In this document: in pieces, positions 56,718-64,000 of the stretch
Position numbering within the stretch: the stretch's first letter is position 1
Layout of the letters: the number at the start of each line of letters is the position of its first letter
Assembly: GCA_038208905.1 (NCBI GenBank)
Contig: JBBQYG010000001.1
Coordinates: forward strand, 1-64,000
Direction of reading: 5' to 3'
Source: Candidatus Sumerlaeia bacterium
GTDB lineage: Bacteria; Sumerlaeota; Sumerlaeia; SLMS01
DNA: 64,000 bases
Position numbers and translations under genes: made by a program
The notes under the pieces: model-generated
What the model saw: only the letters and a program-made list of their open reading frames with translations
Databases searched by the model: none
What the model was told of the DNA's origin: nothing

Positions 56718-58904
56718 ATGTCAGCCGCCGCCATCCCAGCCCCGACGACCGTCCCGCGCAAGAGCCCGTGGCTGGTGGGCCCCATGGTGGACATCCTGAT
56801 CGGGTGTGGCGCGTGGACGATTCCCCTGCTGGTGGCGACGCGCCTGGCGGAGACCTCTCAGGTCATCGCGGTTTCCTTTTTCTTCTACTTCCTCACGATC
56901 TTCTGCAACAATCCACACTATATGGCGACGATCTATCGCGCCTATGGCACGCGGGCGGATTTCAGCAAGTACCGGTTCTTCACGGTTTACCTGACGGCGC
57001 TTCTGATCCTGACGGCGGTGGGGGCCCACTTTGCGCCGGTGGTGTTGCCGATCCTGTTTACGGTCTATCTGACGTGGAGCCCCTGGCACTACACCGGCCA
57101 GAACTTCGGCATTGCGATGATGTTTGCGCGGCGGGCGGGGGTACAGCCGACGCGGACGCAACGCAACCTCCTCTACGCCGCCTTTGGAGCGTCCTACCTC
57201 GTCTGGTTCCTGTCTATACATTCCACCTTCGCGGCCAGCCCCTACATCCTGACGCTCGGCATTCCGTCCGCCGTGGCGGAGCCGTTGCGCTGGGTCCTCT
57301 TCGCCGTGTTCGTCACGACGGCGGGGCTCGCCATCGCGGGGATGTCGCGCGTGGTGGGAATGCGGGCGCTCATGCCGGCGGCGATCCTGATCTCCACCCA
57401 GTTCCTGTGGTTCGTGCTGCCGGTTTTCCTGAGCACCCTCGCCGCCGACACCGCCGCGCCGCTCTACTTCAGCACCGGGGCGCTGGCGTTCATGCACTGC
57501 GCCCAGTACCTGTGGATCACCAGCTACTACGCCCGGCGCGAATCCGACACCGGCGCGCGGCCCTCGCGGTGGAGGCCGGTTGCCTACTATGGCGGCATGG
57601 TGGTGGGCGGCATTGCGCTCTTTGTGCCGGGGCCGTGGCTGGTCAGCCGCGTGTTCCGCTTCAACCTGGTGGAGAGCTACCTGATCTTCAGCTCGCTGGT
57701 GAACATCCACCACTTCCTGCTGGACGGCGCGATTTGGAAACTGAGGGACGGGCGCATTGCCGCGCTTCTTCTCGGCACGTCGGGTCGCGCTTCGGCGGAT
57801 GGCTCCGCGCGCCGCGGCCTGCTCGTCCGCGGGGCGGGATGGATCATGGCGCCCCGGGCCCGATTTGCGCGGTACGGGCTGGCGGCGGCGATCATCGCCA
57901 TCGGACTGCTGGATCAGTGGCAATACTTCCTGACGATGGACGGCGCCCCCACCGAGCGCGCGGCCCTGGCGGAGCGCCTGAACCCCTCAGACTCCCGCGC
58001 CCTGATGCGGCAGGCGCGCCAAAGCCTCGACGCCGGGCGCCCCGCGGAGGCCCTCGACCTCGTCACGCGCGTCTCCGCCCTCGGCGGGCTCAACGCCGAC
58101 GCGCTCCGGCTGCGCGGCAATATCCTCGCCGGCGCGGGTCAGGACGACGAGGCATGGCTCACCTACCGCACGCTGGAGGCCGTCGTCCGCCCCGACATTC
58201 CCACGCTGGTCAACGTCGGCGTCCTCGCGGCCAGGCGCGGCGAGAAGACCACCGCCATCGCGAAGTTCCGCGCCGCCCTCTCCGCAGATCCCGTGCGCAC
58301 CGATGTGATGCTGAACCTGGCCGAGGCCCTGTATGAGCGCGGCGACTATCGCGAGGCCATCGCGCAGTACGACGCCTACATCGTGGCCGCGGGCGCGAAA
58401 GCCAAGACGCCCGGCGAGTTGCGCGGCGTCCTTCGCGCGACGCTCCGCATGGCCGCCGCACAGGCCGGCGCGGGCGAGGACGAGGCCGCCTTCGAGACCG
58501 CCCGCTCCGCCGCCCAGCTCGCCGCCGGAGCCTCGCTCCCCGACCTCGAGAGCCAGGCCCTCGAGCGCATGAGCGGCATCCTCAGCGACGGCGGCAACGA
58601 CCGCGCCGCTCTGCCGCTCCTCCAGCAGGCCGTGGGTCGCGCGGGAGAGGCCCGCGATCCCCTGCTGGCCGCCATTCAGTTCTACAACCTGGGCACCATG
58701 CTGACGCGCATCGAAGCGCGCGAAGAGGAGGCCTGGGCCTGCCTCGTCGAGTCGCGCCGCCTCTTCTCCGAAAGCCCCGGAGCCCAGGCCCCCGCGACCC
58801 TCCCCGGCCTGATCGCCGGACTGGAAGCCACCCACCCCGTGCTCGCCACGCTCCCCGACCCCGACCGCCTCGCGCGCCTCCGCCGCGCCCTCACACAGCC
58901 ATAG
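56718..58904 (+). CDS. Multi-pass membrane protein with His motifs fused to a C-terminal TPR domain
   Basis: NPHYMAT, WSPWHYTGQNFG, MHCAQY, NIHHFLLDGAIW in the TM half; TPR repeats in the C-terminal half. Confidence 0.8.
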   Translation: MSAAAIPAPTTVPRKSPWLVGPMVDILIGCGAWTIPLLVATRLAETSQVIAVSFFFYFLTIFCNNPHYMATIYRAYGTRADFSKYRFFTVYLTALLILTAVGAHFAPVVLPILFTVYLTWSPWHYTGQNFGIAMMFARRAGVQPTRTQRNLLYAAFGASYLVWFLSIHSTFAASPYILTLGIPSAVAEPLRWVLFAVFVTTAGLAIAGMSRVVGMRALMPAAILISTQFLWFVLPVFLSTLAADTAAPLYFSTGALAFMHCAQYLWITSYYARRESDTGARPSRWRPVAYYGGMVVGGIALFVPGPWLVSRVFRFNLVESYLIFSSLVNIHHFLLDGAIWKLRDGRIAALLLGTSGRASADGSARRGLLVRGAGWIMAPRARFARYGLAAAIIAIGLLDQWQYFLTMDGAPTERAALAERLNPSDSRALMRQARQSLDAGRPAEALDLVTRVSALGGLNADALRLRGNILAGAGQDDEAWLTYRTLEAVVRPDIPTLVNVGVLAARRGEKTTAIAKFRAALSADPVRTDVMLNLAEALYERGDYREAIAQYDAYIVAAGAKAKTPGELRGVLRATLRMAAAQAGAGEDEAAFETARSAAQLAAGASLPDLESQALERMSGILSDGGNDRAALPLLQQAVGRAGEARDPLLAAIQFYNLGTMLTRIEAREEEAWACLVESRRLFSESPGAQAPATLPGLIAGLEATHPVLATLPDPDRLARLRRALTQP

Positions 58905-58906
58905 GC

Positions 58907-58935
58907 TTGACCGGCGACGCCCCGCCGCCGATACT
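58907..58935 (+). promoter_or_regulatory. Putative sigma70 promoter of the His-rich gene
   Basis: TTGACC-N17-GATACT; RBS GGGGAG before ATG 58967. Confidence 0.55.
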
Positions 58936-58966
58936 CTCCCCCATCACCCCGGGGAGCGCGCCGACC

Positions 58967-59314
58967 ATGGACCACGACCACAAGAATCACCCCCACCAGC
59001 ACGGCCCAGGCTGTGGACACCCCGCCGTCGTCCACGGCGACCACGTGGACTACCTCCACAACGGCCACCTGCACCACGTGGACGGCACCAAGGTGGAGGA
59101 ACACGCCCTGGACATCACCCCCCGCAACCCCTCCGACTGCGAAGCCACCAGCCTCCACACCCCGCACCACACCCACGGCCCCACCTGCGGCCACGAAGCC
59201 GTCCCCCACGGCGACCACACCGACTACGTCGTCAACGGACGCCTCCACCACCCCCACGACGGACACTGCGACGATCATGGTCCGGTGGTGGTGTTGAAGA
59301 ATATGGCGCCGTGA
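58967..59314 (+). CDS. Small His/Cys-rich putative metal-binding protein with an internal duplication
   Basis: Two units HxHGPxCGHxAVxHGDHxDYxxNGxLHH. Confidence 0.85.
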   Translation: MDHDHKNHPHQHGPGCGHPAVVHGDHVDYLHNGHLHHVDGTKVEEHALDITPRNPSDCEATSLHTPHHTHGPTCGHEAVPHGDHTDYVVNGRLHHPHDGHCDDHGPVVVLKNMAP

Positions 59315-59366
59315 GGGGCGCTGCACTTTTCGCTTCATAGTCGAAAGCGCCCGGATTTCGAAATTC

Positions 59367-60530
59367 TCAGGGCTCGGTATCCTGGGCTGCTTTGTAGGCC
59401 TGCCGCATGTGGTGGGGCTCCTCGGGGATCGTGTATTTCAGGCTACCCTCCGCAATCATGGGGCTCAATTGATTCTCCACCAAGTATGTCTGATTCCGCC
59501 CAAGAATTCGTGCGATTTCCTCGGCCCTGAGTGGCCTCCATTCACATAGCTCGATGATGGCGGCCCGAAGCTTTTCTTTGCGGGCGCTCTTGCCCAACCC
59601 TTCCACTTTCAGTAGAATCGCCGGGGGGATAGCCCTTAGATTTTTTGGCAAGCTGCGCAGCCTATCGCCTATTGGGCCCCACTCCTCCATCAGCGAGCCC
59701 TCGTCCTCCACTTCGAGCCCCTCGACCTCACTAGGGTTCGTGCCGACCTCACGAGGTTTCTGCCCGACCTCACTAGGTTTTGCGGGGACCTCCTCAGATC
59801 TTGCGGCAGCGACCTGCATAGGTTTCGAAGACTCTTCGCCGCGCTCCTCCTGCAGGTAGGCAGATGGCACGTAGTAGGTGGCTGATCCTTTCCCTTTCTG
59901 GTCGAGAAGGCCTTCATCGCGAAGCCGACGCAGGGTTCTGCTGGCAGCGAGAGTCTCGGCTCCAGAAAGATTTCGAAGCGCCCGATTGCTGATTGCTCCC
60001 AGTTCACGGGCGTAGACGAGCGCCTGGCATTCATCTGCAGTTAGGTAGTGTTGCCGGAAACGGGCCAGCCACTCCACGTCCTCGCCGCCAAGCAGATGGT
60101 GGAAGAGGAGGATTAGACTGAAGGCATTGCCTGCTCGGTTGGATTCGAACGTCGGTGGCGCCAATCCGGCGTTCTGCATTTGCTCCCTCATAATGGAGAT
60201 ACCCCGCCCCTTGGTCTCGGCAAAGCGGGTTTCGTGAAGTACCTCGGCAATCCATGGATTTCTTGACACCGAGACGGGATCACCGAGGAGTTCCTCGGCC
60301 TTGAGCGAGTAGCCGGGATTCCTGAACTCCAGCCGGTTCCGATCCGATTGTACGGATGCTTCTGGCGCCACTTCAACGACGCCCACCGGCCGTGCAATGC
60401 CGGCGCGGCCGATGCTTGCCTGATAGCGGCAGGACCGATGAATCTCTGGATCAAGTCGTAGGCTTGATCTACGAGCCCGTTGTTGTCGTTCCAGCCGGCG
60501 TAGGCGAGGATGAACTGTCTGCGGCCGCCC
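59367..60530 (-). pseudogene. 5'-truncated AlbA_2/RecG-C-like (HATPase_c_4 + wHTH) gene remnant
   Basis: NRLEFRNPG, SRNPWIAEVLHETRFAETKGRGI, wHTH (ISNRALR...GKGSATYY) and C-terminal LKYTIPEEPHHMRQAY. The N-terminal domain is missing, the 5' end is broken and codon usage is atypical. Confidence 0.65.
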
Positions 60531-60533
60531 CCC

Positions 60534-63344
60534 CTACCTCACCCGCCATTCCTCCCCCGCGTCCTCCCCGCCCAGCGCGCCGGTTACCCTTAGCGCCAGC
60601 AGGCTTGTCGGGTGGGCGCCGTATTGGCCGGAGTAGCCGATGAGGCGGAATTCGACGGGTTGGGTGAGGGCTCGGAAGCGGGGCTCCTGGGGGAAGGCGA
60701 TGCGGAGCGTTTGGTCGTCCTCCGATTGGGAGCGCGGCGTGGTGAGGAGCGCGGCGGGCTCGGCGAAGCCGTCGATGCTGCTGAACACGGCGTAGCGTCG
60801 CGGGGCGTGCCAGCTCTGGCGGCGGATGGTGAGCGTGAGGTCGTGGCCCGCGAGCGTGAGCGGCTGCTGCTCAGGCGGGGTGATGGTGAAAGTGAGGTGC
60901 TGGCCCTGTTGAATCGCATAGGCGAGGGTGGCGGCGGCTTCCTCCGCGGGGAGGTTGACGGACCAGCGCAGTGCGTCGTCTCCGGCCGTGCGGACGATGC
61001 CCGGTCCGGCGTCGATGCCCGACCATTCGAGCCCGCTGGCGAGCACGTGGTGGCTGGTCCACGGGAGGCTCTGGCCTGGATTGGAGCCGAGGAAGCTGGC
61101 CTCCACGATGACGTTGGGCCCGCCCACGGTGTGCAGGCTAAAGGTGCGCCAAGTGGCGTCGCCGTTGGCGTCAACGACCCGCGTATAGACAAAGGAGAGC
61201 CCCGGCTGCGTGGCCGTGCCGGCGATCGTGATTCTGGGCGGCTGGGCGGTGACGATCTCGGCGGAGAGGTCGCCGCGCAGGCGCTCGGCGATGATCTCAA
61301 CCGAGAGCGGGCCATCGCCGCCGGTGGTGGCAATCGTCGCGGTGTAGGGCTCGCCATACTTCGCAACGGGAAGGAGGGGCGGCGTTTGGAAGGACGGGAC
61401 GGCCCCCTCTGGTTCGTCCACGTGGTTGGTGCGCGGGCTTTCGGCGATCCAATCGAGGAGGAATTGATACTTGTGGGCGTCGGCGTTGGGCTGGGTCAGG
61501 TGCTCCAAGTGGCCCCATTGCCCATACTTGCCGAAGGGGGATGAATCGGTGAACATCACATGCGTGCGCAGGCCCTTTGACCGTGCCATGTTCAGGTGGG
61601 CGCGATAGACATCGCGGATGCGGGGGTCGCGGTTCATCATGGAGAGGAAGGTGGTGATGCCATCGTCGCGGGCGTCTCCGCCGTCATAGCCGTCGGTGTA
61701 AAGCGACGGCCCGCCCTCGTAGGCGATGAGCGGCTTGGGAGCCGGGAACGCCGTCCGCGCGAGGTCCACGGCCCAGCGGTCAAAGCCACCGGCAAACGCC
61801 GTTGCGTCGGGTCCGGCGCCCTCGCGCGCATCGCCAGAGAGCATGCGCTCCATCCACTCGTCATAGGCCTCCGCGATGTGGCGGTGGTTGCTGGCGCTTC
61901 CCCAATAGGGATCGTCGGCGGGGACGGATACGGGGCGCATATTCCCGCCGCCGGGGTTGAACGTCTGGGTGGTCAGGAACCACGGATCGTCGGTGCCGGC
62001 CTGCTCCTGCGCGCGCTGAAAAACCCAGTCCTGAATGCCATTGCCAAAGTAGGTGGTCACGGCGACGGCGTCGGGCTCCACGGGGGGATTCAGCGTCGCG
62101 CCATAGGTTCTCATCTCGGCGAGGAACTCGGTCGAGTAGCTCTCGACCCCGGTGAAGATCGCCGCCACGCGGACGATTCGCTGGTCTCCGCCAAAGACCT
62201 CCTGAAACTGGCGCCACACGTCGCAGAAGCGCCGCGCGTTGAACTGAGGCTTGCCGATGCCGAGCTCGGTGGCGCGCTGCCGGGCCCAGTCCCCTTGGGC
62301 AAAGGCGTTCCCGTTGCTCCATATCTCATTGGAGTATTCGAGGTAGATCCTCCGCCCCGGCTCGAGCGGCGGATGGACGGGATTTTCCTGTGGCGATTCA
62401 TAGGGGGCGACGCCATCGCCGCCGTGGAGCATCAGCAGCGCCAGGTTGCGTATATACGTTTCGTTGGCGAGATGGGGGATGGTGATCCACAGGTCGAGTT
62501 CCGCCGCGTTGGCCAGCGCGATCACGTGCTCCCACGCGATGCCGGTCTGGCGAATGCCGGCGTGCCCGCCGCCGGGGCTGCGACGATGTTGCGGCCCCGT
62601 TTGGAACACGGCGGAGGGAAGGCGCCGATCGCCCCAGTCCTGCTCGGGATTGGCGTTGGTCTCCGTCAGGTTCATCGTGCGCAGGAAGCCCCAAGGGGCC
62701 TCGCGCAGGCGGGCGAGAAACGCGGGGTGGAAGAGCTGGCCCTCCAGCGACGCGCCCGTGGGATTCGCCGGATCGGGAAGCCACACGTCCAGATCGGTGA
62801 GGGGGTTGGCGGGGTCGAGGGCGTGGACCTCCACCCAGGTGAGCTGACCGCCCGGGGCGAACTGATACGCGCGCCGCCCGTCCACGAGCGACCCCGTGGC
62901 CGCGCCGGAGGAGTCGCCCGCCAGAAAGCCCCCGCCGTTGAGCCGCAGGTCGGCGTTGCCGCGCCACTCCAGCACCACGCGCCCGCGGACGAGTTCCGCG
63001 CGGTCGGGCTGACCCGTGGCGGCCACGGCGCCGGGGACGTTGGTGGCAAACATCAGGGCGCGATACCGGCGACCCTCTGGCAGGGAAATCGGCAACCCGC
63101 GCGCCGAAAAGTTTGGCTCGTTCCAGTGGAGGATCTCGCTCCCCCACGGGCCGCCGGGGGTGTACTCCATCCACACCCCGGCAGAGTGCATCCCGTTTGC
63201 GAAGTAGGGCGTGTCCCAATAGCTGACGCCGCCCGAGTGGTACCCCACTGCGGGGAGCGTTGCGGGATCGGCGGCGCCGTGGCCGCGCGTCACGAGGAGG
63301 ACCAGCAGCGCGGCGAGGGCGAGGAGGCGACACAGCATGGTCAA
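60534..63344 (-). CDS. Large exported putative glycoside hydrolase (TIM-barrel-like) with Ig-like and C-terminal beta domains
   Basis: Signal peptide; LRTMN..TN, GIAWE..IALAN, WITIPH, YLEYSNEIW (putative acid/base NE), LIAYEGG (putative nucleophile), YGQWG. Start TTG 63344 or ATG 63338. Confidence 0.7.
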   Translation of the reverse strand: MTMLCRLLALAALLVLLVTRGHGAADPATLPAVGYHSGGVSYWDTPYFANGMHSAGVWMEYTPGGPWGSEILHWNEPNFSARGLPISLPEGRRYRALMFATNVPGAVAATGQPDRAELVRGRVVLEWRGNADLRLNGGGFLAGDSSGAATGSLVDGRRAYQFAPGGQLTWVEVHALDPANPLTDLDVWLPDPANPTGASLEGQLFHPAFLARLREAPWGFLRTMNLTETNANPEQDWGDRRLPSAVFQTGPQHRRSPGGGHAGIRQTGIAWEHVIALANAAELDLWITIPHLANETYIRNLALLMLHGGDGVAPYESPQENPVHPPLEPGRRIYLEYSNEIWSNGNAFAQGDWARQRATELGIGKPQFNARRFCDVWRQFQEVFGGDQRIVRVAAIFTGVESYSTEFLAEMRTYGATLNPPVEPDAVAVTTYFGNGIQDWVFQRAQEQAGTDDPWFLTTQTFNPGGGNMRPVSVPADDPYWGSASNHRHIAEAYDEWMERMLSGDAREGAGPDATAFAGGFDRWAVDLARTAFPAPKPLIAYEGGPSLYTDGYDGGDARDDGITTFLSMMNRDPRIRDVYRAHLNMARSKGLRTHVMFTDSSPFGKYGQWGHLEHLTQPNADAHKYQFLLDWIAESPRTNHVDEPEGAVPSFQTPPLLPVAKYGEPYTATIATTGGDGPLSVEIIAERLRGDLSAEIVTAQPPRITIAGTATQPGLSFVYTRVVDANGDATWRTFSLHTVGGPNVIVEASFLGSNPGQSLPWTSHHVLASGLEWSGIDAGPGIVRTAGDDALRWSVNLPAEEAAATLAYAIQQGQHLTFTITPPEQQPLTLAGHDLTLTIRRQSWHAPRRYAVFSSIDGFAEPAALLTTPRSQSEDDQTLRIAFPQEPRFRALTQPVEFRLIGYSGQYGAHPTSLLALRVTGALGGEDAGEEWRVR

Positions 63345-64000
63345 TCCGACCCCGCCGCCGTCTGCCCCGCGAAGTAGTCCGTGTACTCCGGCAGCCCGTG
63401 CAGCACCGCGTCGCAGAGTTGTTTTCGGACGGTGGCGATGCTGAGTTCGTCCTTACCCTTGGTGGCGTCGTCGGGGAAGGTTCGGTTGGTGAAGAAGACC
63501 ATGTAGGTCTTGGTCTTCTTGTCGATCCAGACCAGGGTGCCGGTGTAGCCGGTGTGGCCGACGATGAGGTCGGCGGGCTGCTGGTTGAGGTCGGTGGTGT
63601 AGGGCTTTGAATCCCACACGTCGAAGCCCAGGCCGCGCTTGGCGTCCACGTTGGCGGGGGACTGGGTGGTGGTGAAGAGGCGGACGGTTTCGGGCTTGAA
63701 GACGCGGGTGTCGCCGAGGGCGCCTTCGTTGGCGATCATCTCGCACCAGCGGGCCACGTCGGCGGCGGTGGAGAAGACCCCCGCGTTGCCGGGGCAGTGG
63801 GCGTCGGACCCGTGGTAGGCCGCCAGCGGGTCGTGGACGATGCCGACGAGGGGGGTGCCGTCCTTGCGCTCGATGGTGGGGGCCGTGCGGGTGAGGGCCT
63901 CCTTGCTGGGGAGGTAGGTGGTGTCCACCATGCCGAGGGGGCCGAAGACGCGCTCGCGCAGGAGGTCCTCCAGGCGCCGTCCGCTGGCGTTCTCGACAAT
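63341..64000 (-). CDS. Serine hydrolase (beta-lactamase family), 3' part; runs off the right edge
   Basis: VFGPLGMVDT, GIVHDP, GNAGVFSTAAD, RGLGFD, GHTGYTGT.VWID, FTNR. Confidence 0.88.
   Translation of the reverse strand: MVENASGRRLEDLLRERVFGPLGMVDTTYLPSKEALTRTAPTIERKDGTPLVGIVHDPLAAYHGSDAHCPGNAGVFSTAADVARWCEMIANEGALGDTRVFKPETVRLFTTTQSPANVDAKRGLGFDVWDSKPYTTDLNQQPADLIVGHTGYTGTLVWIDKKTKTYMVFFTNRTFPDDATKGKDELSIATVRKQLCDAVLHGLPEYTDYFAGQTAAGSD

Noticed and set aside
1-64000. CRISPR array, cas genes, tRNA/rRNA, integrase, transposase or reverse transcriptase
   Set aside because: No regularly spaced repeat-spacer array, no recognisable structural RNA gene and no such protein motifs seen by eye. 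Small ncRNAs cannot be excluded.

Overview
GC-rich bacterial chromosomal window of about 57 genes. I found no rRNA, tRNA, CRISPR array, prophage or intact transposase. The pilin-like C-terminal motif YDPTNGT and the overall gene style suggest Candidatus Sumerlaeota (BRC1) or a relative; this is an inference. Housekeeping genes include glyQS (partial), mrdA, tatA, aroA, cbpA-like, grpE, rho, coaE, polA and moaC. Envelope genes include two tandem Pal/OmpA lipoproteins, GT2, GT9, a GT2-GT9 fusion, a GT-C-like protein, an O-antigen ligase and nucleotide-sugar enzymes. A TroABCD-type Mn/Zn/Fe ABC operon has a DtxR-like repressor domain fused to both permeases. A dispersed, atypical type IV filament system comprises two PilT-family ATPases, a PilM-PilN fusion with no adjacent PilO, a 1420-aa secretin with TPR and TolA-like extensions, and PilG/PilI-like accessory genes. 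The most unusual signals are: (1) pilin/GspG-like head modules without prepilin leaders, one forming the extracytoplasmic domain of a Hanks Ser/Thr kinase, one on a large membrane-anchored protein and one as a 5'-truncated orphan cassette; (2) a DUF3800-like protein whose putative catalytic DE is replaced by QQ; (3) at least eight intergenic elements built from degenerate 7-, 9- or 11-bp tandem repeats, often in inverted pairs, plus a REP doublet; (4) a Deinococcus-type EPSP synthase; (5) a di-heme / His-motif membrane protein / His-rich protein cluster. All family assignments come from motif recognition by eye, without database searches.
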